Source: Macrostomum lignano
Lineage: Eukaryota
NCBI GenBank assembly: GCA_002269645.1
Contig: NIVC01000294.1
Location: 62,001-126,000 of the forward strand
Length of the DNA: 64,000 bases
Direction of reading: 5' to 3'
Both the position numbers and the translations under genes were made by a program. Position 1 is the first letter of the stretch, and every line of letters begins with the position of its first letter. The notes beneath the pieces are model-generated. The model worked only from the letters and a program-made list of their open reading frames with translations, did no database searches and was not told the origin of the DNA. This document shows, in pieces, positions 48,401-60,277 of this stretch.

Positions 48401-50192
48401 CGGGGGCATTGGAAAGTCCTTGGGCCATTACTTGGTATTCAAATTGGCCTCTAGTTAGGGTGGAGAAGGCGGTTCGATGTTTGTCTTCTTCTTTGATGGG
48501 GACTTGCCAGTATCCTGAGTTTAAATCAAGGCTACTAAAGTATTGGCTACCAGTTAGGTGGGAGAAGGTCTCTTGAATATTGGGGAGGGGGTAGGGGTAG
48601 TAATTAACTCTTGAATTGAGCACTTGGAAATCGCTCACGATTCTAATGGAACCATCTTTCTTGGGGACAATTACTAGGGGGGTGGAGTAGGTTGAATAGC
48701 AGGGTCTAATTAAGTTTTTGGCTAACATATCGTCTAATTGGGTGTCAACTTGCTTTTGCAAGTGTGGGGGGATGCGTCTAGCTGGGATTCTAACGGGAGT
48801 GGGGTCTTTAATAGAGATTTCGTGAGTTACTAAGTGGGTCAGGCCCATGTCTAATTCATTCTGGAAAAAGGCTTCACGGTTCTCTTTCATTAAGTCGATG
48901 ACTGCTTTTCGCTGTTCATCCGACAGTTCAGGGCCAAGGCTCACTTCATTAATCCAGGAATCTTCAGTACATTGAGTCTGGTTGACTTTCACAGGGGGTT
49001 GGGGGTTGGGAGTTGGGATTTGCCAATAGGTTAAGTCCTTGGCTTTCATAGGTCTGGCTAAGCCAATTAGGGAGGTTTTAGTTAGATTCACGTCTACAGG
49101 GTGACGATTAATAATCTCGACAATTCCTTTGCCTTCTTTCATGGTTACTAGGGTCGGAACCATTTCTAGGGAGAAATCACGGGTTCGGACAGTATCGCCA
49201 ATGGCTTCAATGGTCATGGGGGTGCCATAATTCGATTCACAATTCTTGGCTAATTTCACGGGTATTCGAAGGGCACTATTAGCTGGGATGATTACTCTTT
49301 CTTGAGTATAAACTCGACAAACTTTCACGGGTAGGCGGGTATACTGCATGGGTATACAGGTACCTTCATTAAGCACTAGCATTCCTTTGGCTAGCTGAAT
49401 GCTTTCACATTGGGATAGGAAAAATTCCATACCTAGAATATTGTCACAATCATGTCGGCATAGGAGGAAATCAACTTCGATTTGGATATCCCCAAACTTC
49501 ACTTGGGCGGATACCTCTCCTTCTAATTGAATAGGGGTACCGTCAAATGTACTAATGCTTTTGCTAGTGTCTCGGATTTGATCGGCACGGAATAGCTTAG
49601 ACCAGGTTGAACGGCTCAGGAAATTATTTCTGGCGCCTGTGTCTAACAAGAAATCAATCGATTCTTTCTGGATATCGCCGACAATTACAGCTTCATAGCC
49701 TTCTAGCTTAGTCAGGTCGATTTGGGATGGGGAATTGGGTTTTGGCTTTTGTCGCTTCTTTGAGCGGGTTTCAGCACTGGATAGAGCATTATTGACTTTA
49801 ATCGCATGGGATACATGGGGTGCAAGCGCAGTGGGTACATGGGGTGCGGACGCGTGATGAGCAGAAATCGCATTGGTTACATGGGAAGCAGTCGCATGAG
49901 CTGTAGTCGCATGGGGGTCATTGTACACATGGGGGTCATGGGGGGCAATTGGCGTATCATCGATTTCGTCGCAAGCAAGTAATGAGAAGTTATTGGGTGA
50001 AGTAAATATCGCATTATTCACAGGCATTGGCTGTACATGAGAGGTTTTGCGGGGGTAGCGGAAACCGTACTGGGGAGGTTGCCGGTATTTTGGTTGGGGG
50101 GCAATTTCGAATGATGGGGAGGCCGGAGAGTAAGCAGAATTTTGGCCTGAGGGGTGTGGCCTCTTAACTCGACCCTGGCTTCTCAGTTTCCC
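45430..50192 (-). CDS. pol: Gypsy-1 pol (protease, RT, RNase H, integrase); two compensating 1-nt frameshifts in the integrase Zn-finger region (~46920, ~46830)
   Basis: FLLDTGA; LDLNSGYWQV; SYIDDII; LDTDASD...IGA; LHCS...GHLG...CIPC; HIDIIGP/HTDNG/LVERFN (DDE intact). Confidence 0.95.
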
Positions 50193-51172
50193 GACTTCTG
50201 GGAGTCACGGGGGTTGCGGAACTTCAGCGGCTCATATCTGGGATTGGGGGGCTGACGCTCATTCCTTCTTGGGGGTTCACGCCTTGGCGGTTGGTTCATC
50301 AGCTGGGGCCTGTACTGCTGCTGAGGTTGCGGCCTGTACTGCTGCTGGGGTGGCTGTCTGTACAGCTGAGGGTTTGGCTGTCTGTACTGCTGAGGAGGTG
50401 GCTGCCTATACTGTTGCTGGGGGAACACCTGAGATGGCGGAGCGCATTGCACTGTTTCGGCCAGTTGTTTCTGCAGGTTCTGAATAAGCCTTTCTTGGCG
50501 GTCAATCTTAGTCTGCTGGTCAATGATCAACTGATCGGTTCTGACCTTGTGCTCCTCTTTTTCTTCCTTAGTCACTCGGATTCCACCTTTGTGGGACATT
50601 TGGTAAGCTGCTTCAATTCTGCGCAGCATTCTGCGGGCGGCTTGGAGACTAGCCGGTTGGGCAAAGATCAGCTTCTCACGGGTGTCGGGAAGGGTTCTCA
50701 CACCTTAAATGAACTGTTCGACCAGTTCTTCTTCTCTCTGCTCAGCATCCATATTTAGGAATGCGCAGGAGGCTAATTCAATCAAAGCATCGGCAAAACT
50801 GTCAGTGGATTCGTTTCTGCCTTGGCAGCGATTCCTAAACTCTTCGCGAAATTCAGCGGAGCTACCTACTTTTCCAAATCTTTCGATCAATCTTTCTTTG
50901 AACTCTTCATAGGGGAGATTAGCTGGGAGGTTGAGGCGTTGAACTGCTGCAAACGCAGTACTCAGGTCTAGATTGGTAAGCAGTTCCTGCTTCCGGTTTT
51001 CTTCTTCTATGCCTTCATTTTCACATCTCTGGTCAAATGCGGTGAGCCAGATTCTGATATCTTGGCTGGGAAGGTACTTCTGGATCTTCACATGTCTGAG
51101 GGGACCTAATTCTAAGTGGTTGCGGAGCTCTTCAGCTAAGAGCGCAAGGGCTTCCTTGATTCCTGCGGCCAT
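50183..51172 (-). CDS. gag: Gypsy-1 gag with one premature TAA (50705-50707)
   Basis: ORFs 50705-51172 and 50183-50701 are in the same frame; capsid-like QGRNESTDSFADALIELA motif; Q/P-rich C-terminus; no CCHC knuckle seen. Confidence 0.85.
50186..50192 (-). promoter_or_regulatory. -1 ribosomal frameshift heptamer G GGA AAC (Gypsy-1 gag/pol)
   Basis: Lies directly before the gag TGA; the -1 frame is open from GGG(50192) into the 1036-aa pol ORF. Confidence 0.8.
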
Positions 51173-51237
51173 TGTGCTTCAGGGATTGGGATGGGAAATT
51201 AGGCTGGGATGCGCGTTTCTCCAGATTCTAATCCTTT

Positions 51238-51250
51238 ACCGCTGCCACCA
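51238..51250 (-). promoter_or_regulatory. Primer-binding site of Gypsy-1 (tRNA-Leu-type)
   Basis: TGGTGGCAGCGGT is complementary to ACCGCTGCCA-CCA, the 3' end of eukaryotic tRNA-Leu(AAG/TAG) as recalled; 4 nt from the LTR. Confidence 0.8.
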
Positions 51251-51254
51251 AATC

Positions 51255-52130
51255 TGTTGTAGGACTCTTGGCTTTCTGTCTAAGAATCTCACTGCTGCAA
51301 CCAAAATCTGTTGTAAGGGGGGGGGGTCGAGGGTTATTGGAAATTTTCAGGGTTTCCTTAGAATTCGGGGCGAACTTCGCAATTTATACTACTAGCAGGA
51401 GTAAGCCGTAGGTTGCTCCTGGTGGCGTGGTGTGTCCGAGCGGCAAGACACAGTTTCTATTCAGTCCGGGGGAATTGGATGGGGGGTAAAGGGCTTCGCG
51501 GTGGATTAGAGTTGCCTGGCGCGCTAGTGGGGAATTCTAGTGCTTAATAGGGAATGCTGGCGGGGAAGGTAGGCTGCTTCATTGGGAATTACGTGGCGGA
51601 ATTAGGAGTCTAATATTAAGGGAAAATTAGCCGGGGCGGCTTGGCAATCACTATGTCTAGGGAAGCGCGGGAAGGGTTTCTTGGGACTATTGTACGTCCG
51701 AGAAGAGGGGGGGGGGTTTGAGTGGGTTTGGATCGCTCTGGGGAGCGCTCGAGGGGAAGGGAGTGGCTGTACGCCTCTATCGTACGCTTCTCTGAGAAAA
51801 GGAAAGAAAGCTGATGAATCTAAGTTCTATTTTTAGCACAACTGTTCATCTAGTGCTCGAGAACAGGAAAGAAGCTTGCATATACCAAGCCCGTCGGAAG
51901 GAGATGCTTTTCTACCGTATATTTTAGCTCGCTTTTATAGTAAATTTTGCCATCATGGCGTATACATTATAACAATAATATTTCGGTTTTAGCACTACAG
52001 ACATGCATATATATAAAAATAGTGCTCAATGCAAAGTAATTGAATTTATGGAAATAATTGTATAGACTGAATAAGAATATAGGAGAAATAATGCGCGTAA
52101 ATTACGTAGGCACGAGCTAAGGCTGTTACA
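51255..52130 (-). repeat. 5' LTR of Gypsy-1
   Basis: Direct repeat of 42941-43815; followed by the PBS on the minus strand. Confidence 0.97.
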
Positions 52131-52859
52131 AAAAGATAATCAAGCTTATTAATATAATGATTAGCACTTACCTTATTAACTATATAGGTATATTTAAAAT
52201 TATATTTTAGTTTTTTACAGAGCTAATCAGAATAGACCACACTCCAGATCATATAGTATGTACCCAAAAATGTGTGTATATATTGGCCTTGCATGCCAAA
52301 AGTTGGTATGAAGGATTCCTAATAAATAATGTATGCACACCTGGTAAGCACTTCATAGAATCATGCAAAAAATTAGCATAGAAGTTCATTTGAACTTTAG
52401 TATAAATTCTTAGCTTTCTACTTTTTAAGCTCATAAATAGCATTTGAAAAATTTTTTGTGTATATCAATTTTTTACTGAAGATAGTATAGGCAAGAAAGA
52501 AAGATACAAAAGCAACCAAATTATTTGCCAAAAAAAATTCTTTATATAACACAAAAAGGTCATTTACTGTTGTAATGCAAAAAGGCCATTTATTGTGGCA
52601 GCATTAGCATAGATTTGAGAATTTAGACATGTACTATTTTTTGTATACATTTATAACTATTTAATTTTTGTTTAGGCATGCACTAAGCATGATCCAGATT
52701 GGGGAAACAGGCAGAATATGATAGGCCTAGGATACAAGGTAGGCCTAGGACACAACTAGGAAACAAACAAACAATAATATATGGAATATTCAAAATATAT
52801 ACAATAGTGCTATTTGAATATTTTATATTTAAATCAATGTAACAATAATACTTGAATAA

Positions 52860-53895
52860 TGAAGTGGGGGTGGAAAAGAATTGACAAAGTTGAAAGTTGG
52901 CCAGTTTTTGTGTAAACCTGGTAGCATTGCATTCGCACGAGTAAAGCCGGAAATTTTGTGTAGGCAAATCACGATGTAATCTTCTCCTTTTATTCCGACC
53001 GCCGGGGTCCTCAAGTCCTGGGGGAGGGTAGTCATACTCGTAGCGGAGCAGTTGTGTAGCGGCGCGGTCATTCAAAGCAATGAAAACACTGGAAATGTAG
53101 GCACCGTAGTTAATGTGTCGTTTTGCTGAGCTTATTACTTCCAGTAGGGTAGAGCTGCCACCACTGTAATTTACGTATTACGGAATGGATAAGTCTCGGA
53201 GCTTTTCTTTAGCTGAGGAAACTTGGTTATTTTATGCCCCACGGGCAAAAGATTCAAGATAGGCTACGGCTTAAAGTCACCTATTAATGTATTAATATAT
53301 TGAATCGATATTATTTCTTTATTTGTTGGGATTTATTGAGCAGGATGAATAGATTATTATTACTGACGAGGATGAGCTTCGGTGGGCCGCGGTGCGACAA
53401 TTAATTAAAATGAAATAAAACTAAAAGAGTAAGCAGAAGGAGTACCGAATTAAACTAACACGTCAAAATGGAGGGAAAAGTAGGTGGAGGAGGAGGAGGA
53501 GGAGGTGGAGGTGAAGGTTAAACCAAAACACAAACAGATGCATATTTTATAAGTAAACGTGACGTAAAGTTTGCCGCTGGACCAGATTAAGGAAAGCATA
53601 CGAAACGCATCTGGTCCAGCAATGGCAGAGTAATGAAAATACATGCAATTAAATGTGGTATGCAAAAAGGCGAATGAAGGGATAGCAAGTTGGCATGGGG
53701 TGGAGATTAAAATATCCCATTGCGGGATGGGGTGCGTGACAAAATTTTCGGTAACTTGGCCCTACATGGGAAAACAAAAAAATGGCTTGCACTTATCGTA
53801 AAAGGAAAAGCACCAAATTTTGAAAGTTAATAAATGTCTATTAAATTGAATGAGTAAATAAATATTATTAAAACCAGGGGCAGCCACCTGCCATA
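52860..53895 (-). repeat. 3' LTR of Gypsy-2
   Basis: Direct repeat of 61690-62696; terminal TG mutated to TA on the minus strand. Confidence 0.92.
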
Positions 53896-53947
53896 TGCAC
53901 GGGCGGGTCAGGATTTGCAAGCAAAATTACAGTACTCCTATTGTCGA

Positions 53948-54685
53948 TCACTGACGTCCGCCTTGGCTGGTGGGTGCCCGGCCGCGAGTCGGAGGGCGAG
54001 AGCTGCGGTCCTCGGTCGACGTCACGGCCGGCGTCTCACTCGGCGTCTCGCTTAGGTTCAACTGAGCGGACGAGCTCGCTACTCGGGCCACTCTGCACGG
54101 GTTATCAATGACCGGCGGGATGCCGCGTTGCCAGACATGCTCCACATATCGAGCAACAAGTGTGCAACAGGGTCCCAGCTGTGGGCCAGTGGTCTCAGCT
54201 TGCAGCCAGAGACCCGTTAGGGCCACCTCGGCCTCGAGTGCCAGGGTGGTGTCGGCGGCTGAATGCTGGCGGGCCACAATGTCCCAAGTCCGACAATCGT
54301 TAACATGTCTTGGCTCCTGGGGATGCAGCAATTCCAGGTAAAGTAGTTCCTGGAGCATTTGGGCCGGCTCCACACTGGCCAGTGGGGCTGCTTCCAAGGC
54401 TGAGGTGCCCGACGCCTCCGAGTAGGCCTGGCTGGAGGTGCTTGACCAGGCAGATGGCGGCGTGACTTCGGGGCCGTACTCTAGCAGCCACAAGAAATCG
54501 GTGTCGTCGGCCTCCAGCGCAGGCGTGGCGTGGACTAGGTCCAGGTACTGCTCGACTCCGACGTCCGGGCTTGGGGCGGGCGCAGGAGGTGTGTGGAGCT
54601 CGGATGGCCCAGAAATTATTGGGATGTCGAACATCCGCCAGTCAGGGGTGCCAGCACTCCATGATCGGCCATGGCGACGAGACAA
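53948..54685 (-). CDS. Gypsy-2 additional ORF3 (~240 aa), non-env, unknown function; probable frameshift near the true start (ATG 54672)
   Basis: GC-rich 245-codon open frame between integrase and 3' LTR; GTCGCCATGG start context in another frame; acceptor-like TTATATTCAG| at 54750. Confidence 0.55.
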   Translation of the reverse strand: MSRRHGRSWSAGTPDWRMFDIPIISGPSELHTPPAPAPSPDVGVEQYLDLVHATPALEADDTDFLWLLEYGPEVTPPSAWSSTSSQAYSEASGTSALEAAPLASVEPAQMLQELLYLELLHPQEPRHVNDCRTWDIVARQHSAADTTLALEAEVALTGLWLQAETTGPQLGPCCTLVARYVEHVWQRGIPPVIDNPCRVARVASSSAQLNLSETPSETPAVTSTEDRSSRPPTRGRAPTSQGGRQ

Positions 54686-55784
54686 ATGAAGTTGAGCCCG
54701 GTCGCCGGATTAATGGATTAGTCAATTGGTCACAATCGAATGATGTCGGCTGAATATAAGTGGCAAGCCGGATAATTAACAATTAGAAAAAGAATCAGAG
54801 CCAGGGTGCGACTTATATACTCAGAATACCGTCACGCAGATGGAAATGAGGGGTCCCTAACTGGGAACAGGCCTCCACCCTGCATGCACTCTATGGTGGG
54901 CATGCATGGTGAAGGGGTGGGTGGTTAAATCCAAAAGGCTATAAAACAGATAAACGCGCGGCAGGGGTCCTGATTTGAATGAATTGGGGGCACCTAAGCG
55001 GCTCACATTAAACGGGTTGGTGGTTGGGAAAGCTGAACATCGCGTTAAACATTAAATAGAAAAATAGATAGAAAGAGGGAGCAATTGTGGCTCCTTATAG
55101 CTAAGATAATATAGTATAAGTAAGTTAGTGACCAAAATTGTCAAACTGGTGGGCTCAACAAGGAGTTACAGGAAAACAAGAGCAAACGACTGGCACTGGG
55201 AGAGGGGAAACAAAAGTCAGCCCTCACAAAATTTTCCCAGGCTCGAACTAAATTGAACAAAGAAAACAGGGGTCGAGTCACCTCAAAAGGCCTCCACTGA
55301 GGACAAGGCCTAGTTGGAAAACTGGGGCTCTTGACCTAGGTGGGGCAAATGACAGTTTGGCCCTTAGGCAGTGGGCACACAAATAGAAGAGAGGGACCTT
55401 CAGCATGAAACTAACTGCAAAGTTTGCAAAAATTAGTTGCTTTTCTCCGAAAGGCTTAAGGCAAGAAAATTGGGACACTTCTGCACTTTGATCGCGTGCA
55501 AGAAGTTTATAGCAAATGGGGAGGCGCAAAATTAGATGAGAATGCAATTAAGCAATGATTTTATAGTATCACATTGAATAAAAATTTAACGCATTGATTA
55601 AATAAGTTGCATTAGCGCAGGCTTTACTGCAGCAAAGGGAGAAATATGAAGAGCAGAAGTGCTGATTAATGAACCGCGTTGGATAATAGCAAATTATACA
55701 GGTGCTCAAATGATTTGCACGTATACAAATTATACGTGCTCATGCGGAGGTTCGTACATGAGCACGAAACTGATCAAATACACA

Positions 55785-56039
55785 CTGCTTTTACCTGAAA
55801 GCATAAGGAAAATGAGAATTGCTTTTAACCCTGAAGCATAAGGAAAGTACATTGAAATTAAAATTTGATGCCTGCTTTTACCTAAAAGCATAAGGAAAAT
55901 GAGAATTGCTTTTAACCCTGAAGCATAAGGAAAGTACATTGAAATTAAAATTTGACGCCTGCTTTTACCTGAAAGCATAAGGAAAATGAGAATTGCTTTT
56001 AACCCTGAAGCATAAGGAAAGTACATTGAAATTAAAATA
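55785..56039. repeat. 3 x 87-bp tandem repeat in the Gypsy-2 3' non-coding region
   Basis: CTGCTTTTACCT(G/A)AAAGCATAAGGAAA at 55785, 55872, 55959; each unit holds two related half-units. Confidence 0.92.
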
Positions 56040-56189
56040 TAAAAAAACCGCTTTTAGCACAGAGCAGGTGCAGAGAAAGCTTACGGCAAAATTAAAAAAA
56101 TTGGAATCCGTTTGCAAAATCAACTACTAATAGTAACGTGCATCAAAAGTTAGCAACTTGGCGCGACATAAAATGCATTGGTAATTACC

Positions 56190-59100
56190 TTTCAAACTTC
56201 AATCTCCGCACCGATATCAGGCAAATCCGGGTCGCCTTTGGGCAGCACTTCCGGATGGTGGAGGCTTGGCTCGAACAATTGGCTGCCGCGCATGTCAGGC
56301 TAAGCTGCGGCTGGTTGTTCAGGAGTGGGCTGATTGGCTGGGTCGACTTCGCTGTCGTCGCTCGACTCGTAGGGCAACATTGGCCGCTTGGTTTGGCGCG
56401 GCGGCGCCTGCGGTCGATTTACCATCATTTGCGGCACTTTGATGATGTTGTTGCAGTGCACCAACATCTCAGCGGGGTGTCCTCAACGGGCTGTCGCTGG
56501 CTGGATCCAATAGGCTACTTCGCCGACCTTTCTGTTGACTTTGTACAAGCTCTTGTATGGCCAGTGAAACCTTGGCAGCTCTCCCAATTTGAGCTTCGGG
56601 TTGGCCAGGCAGACCAGGTCTCCAGGCTGCAGTTCCATGGGCTTAGGCCGGTTTTCATAGTACTCTTTGCGGCGTTAAATCTCAGCTCGCAATCGCTGTC
56701 GTACAATTCTTTTGATCTCAGCCAGTCTGCGCTGATGCTTTGCGATGTACTCAGGGAGGTCCGGCGATACGTCCAGGCGGTCTAGGGTGTTATCAATTGG
56801 GTACCGATAGGGCACTCCGTAGACGACGTAATGCGGCGAGAAACCCGTCGTACAGTTGACTGCAGATCGCAGGGCTGTCAAAGTGGCTGGCAACATCTTT
56901 TCCCATTGTTGGTGATCTTCCAGGAGACAAGTGAGCACTTTTTTGATGTTTTTATTGTACGATTCAGCTTGTCCGTTGGCCCAAGGCGAGTATGGCAGCA
57001 TTGTCGTTTGCTGGATGCCATAGACTTCGCAGAAATGTTGAAACTCGTGCCTGGTGAACTGCTTGCCTTGATCCGAATGGATCCATGCAGGGATTCTGGT
57101 GATCGGGAAGACTTGTTCTTGGAGCCGAGTTATGATCGTCTTGGCCCGCTGATTCTTCATGGCGAAGGCAAATGGATACTTCGATGTCGTGTCGACATAG
57201 GTGAGGATGTACTTGTTGCCTCGGTCTGTCGGGTCTCCAGTGGGGCCCATGATGTCAATCACAAATTGCCCATAGATTTCGCAGACCGGAAATGATTGTA
57301 CATGCACTGGGATGCGTCGCCGTCCTTTGCTCTGAGTGCAGGTCTGGCAGGAAGCGACATAGTTGGACATGGCCTTGGCCAGGGCCAGTCACTAGAACCT
57401 CTCGCGCACCTTTGCGATGGTGAGATCTCGGCCCATGTGTCCGCAGTAGGGCGAACCATGCAGGTCAGCGAATACCGTGGCATCGAGACTCTTTGGCAGG
57501 ACGATCCTCGCTGTGTCCTCTTCACCAACATTGTTAAGATGGATGACTAAAAGTCCATTGTCTCGGACCTCTAGCAGTTCGTAAAATGCTAAGAGATTTT
57601 GCTCATCTCTTGTCAGATTTAACCGCTGATTCAGCGGCGGCTTCGGTTGTCGACTTTCGATAAGGTTGATCATCATCATGCTGGCAGAATCAGCATGCTG
57701 GTGAGTCTGGAGCTCCTCACGAGTGATTGGCCTTGGGATGTGATCAGTTAGATTCAAGGCTTGGCGTCGGTTAATCAAATTAGACGGCGTGTCTTCGGCT
57801 GTGGCATCATGGTTCAGGGTCTGGAGCTCCCTCCGCACGACTGCCACTCTGGCCAGTTGCTGGGTCGTTGAAGGATTTGAAGGCCAATCCTCGTCAGTCA
57901 GTTTGGCGTCGGTGTCGTCAGCATTGGATTCGTCAACAGATGAGAGTAAGTCAGCAGAGCTATCGGCGTCGAGGCTAAATCTCACCTTTTTGAACACAGG
58001 ATGGCAAACGGGTTGGCAGCAGTCGTTGCTGGCTGCACTGTGGTCGCTGTCCCCGTCGCCTTCAGCTAGTAGATGGCGGCTCCTTGATGGGCAACATGTC
58101 GTACTGCTAAAACTGGTGGGCGACCTCTGAGAGTCTCGCAGACGGCTGGCTGATGGCCTCGGCTTCGTTGCCGGCGGGTGCAGCACTGTCAGCGACTTGC
58201 TATCGGCTGTCAATGTTGCTGGCGGCGTAGCCTCGCCGTTGGACTCTGTTGGCTCAGGCAGGCTCCGATTCTGGTCGCAGAAGTATCCGTGTCCAGGACA
58301 AATATTACATTCGGATCTTCGCTGAACTGCGGATACGCGAGCACTGATGTCAAAGTCATAGCTGCCTTGAACTAGTCGAATGCGTCTTGCTGGGCTTTTC
58401 CCCATAGACAATTGAAATTTGAGATCTTCTTCTCCTTAATCAGATCGTGAAGCGGAGCAGCAAGTTCTGCGTAGCCAGGTACAAATTTAGCATAATAAGT
58501 GCAAGTGCAGACAAAACTTTTCAGTTGCCAAGCTGTTTTTGGTCTTGGCCAAGTTTGAATAGCTTCGATTTTTGCCGGGTCAGTCTTGATTCATCCTTTG
58601 TTACAACGTGTCCCAGATAGTTTAAACTGGTCCGAAATAGATGACATTTCTTGCCTTTAAACTTTAAATTAGCATCTTGAGTTCACTTAAATACCTCTTC
58701 ATATAGAGCAGATGGTTGTTAAATTTCTTAGAATAAACGATTACGTCATCCAGGTAGGCTATTGCGCTTTTGTAGGTAATCCCATTGAGTATAGCATTCA
58801 TGAGGCGCATGAAGCTGGCTGGCGCTAAACTTAGCCCCATAGGCATGACCTTGTAGGCAAATTGTCCGCAGTGCAGCGTAGCAAAGGCAGTCAGATCCTG
58901 ATCTTCTGGACGCAGCGGAATCTGATAGTAGCCGCTATTGAGGTCGAATGTGCTGAATAGCTGGCTTCGCTCAAGGCTGGCAAATGCTTCTTGGATGTTA
59001 GGAATCGGGTACGGAAAATACTCGCACTTTTGATTCAGACTCTGGAAATCTTGCACAATTCGCAGGCTGCCATCCTTCTTCGGGATGATCACCAGCAAAG

Positions 59101-60277
59101 TGTTGTAGCTGGAGAAGCTCGGTCAAATCACGCCTTTGGCCAACAGATCATCGAGTAGCTGGTCCACTTTGGGTAGCAGATGCGGCGGGATCCGGCGAGT
59201 TGGCAGATGCACCGGATTCGTGTCCTTTAGCACAATACTGTGGGTGACCAGGTGGGTTTGGCTGAGATCGTGTAGCCCCTGAGAGAAGATGGTCTTGTAC
59301 TTCTTCAATAGCTCGATGACTTGAGCTCGCTGGTCACTGGACAGATCTTCCCTGATGTCAATCTCCTTGATCCAAGCATCAGGATCTTTGTCTTGGATTT
59401 GATTGACCAAGTCTTCTGGCTTCAGCAGCGGGAAGAACTGTAACTCAGGCAGTCTGATGGGTCTAGCAATCCCGACTAAGGCATTCGCTTGTACTTTGAT
59501 TGATGTTGTTCCCCGATTAATCATCTTGATAGCACCTTCTCCATTGGCCATAGATATCAGGGCAGGCGCGGCGTCCAGGTGCTGCACATCTTCTTCGCGC
59601 CGAGCCGGTTTCAACGGCTCGATCATGGCGGGTATACCCTGGTTCTCTTGTCCTTTGGCAAGTTTAATCTTGATTCGGGCTGATGATAGCGGCGGCACGG
59701 TTGTGCTCTCAGCCGTGTAAATTCTGGACGTTGTCGCTTCTGTTCGTGTGTAACGGAGTGGTGCAGCAGTGCCGTCCTTGAAGAATAGCATCCCAGCGGC
59801 GAGATCCAGTGAGGTGCTGTACTTCTCCAGAAACTCGAAACCCAGGATGTTGTCATGAGATCCTTTCGCTAGCAGAAACTTGACTGTAGGCTCGAAATTC
59901 CCAATCTTCACTTTAATGGTTAATTCTCCTGCCATCTGAATTGGTTCACCATTGTAGGTCACGATGCACTGTAGGCAGGGCTTGATTTGGCCACACAGGG
60001 TTGGGTTATCAGTACATAGGCGATGCCAGGTGCTGAAGCCTAGGACTTCGCACTTAGAACTGGTGTCAAATAGAAAAGCAAAATAATGACAATGAATCTC
60101 ACCAGTTAAAAACGGATCTATTTGAGGTCGCTTGGGTGCAAAGCTCTGTACAGGTGCGGCGGAGGCGGGCTCAGCAGTGGCCTGCTGAGCGACTAAAGTC
60201 TGCGGTGGGGACTTTAGTGCTGGCGCGGCTGCTAGATGGTGCTGCCCCCGATGGCACGTCCAGCCATCCCGTTTCCC
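56190..60277 (-). pseudogene. pol: Gypsy-2 pol: protease (DTG to DTS), RT, RNase H core deleted, integrase; several frameshifts
   Basis: FLFDTSS; FDLNSGYYQIPL; AYLDDVIVY; LHGSPYCGHMG...CQTC; VIDIMGP/HSDQG/QAESYNK. Confidence 0.9.

Larger units (their letters stand above)
42941..52130 (-). mobile_element. Full-length Ty3/Gypsy LTR retrotransposon 1 (9.19 kb), young but with disabling mutations
   Basis: LTRs 42941-43815 and 51255-52130 (TG...CA; 9 substitutions plus 1 indel by manual comparison); 4-bp TSD AAAA; PBS; domain order gag, PR-RT-RH-IN; extra ORF. Confidence 0.97.

Noticed and set aside
52200-52460. Possible transposase relic between the two LTR elements
   Set aside because: Only vague coding-like composition; no motif could be named.
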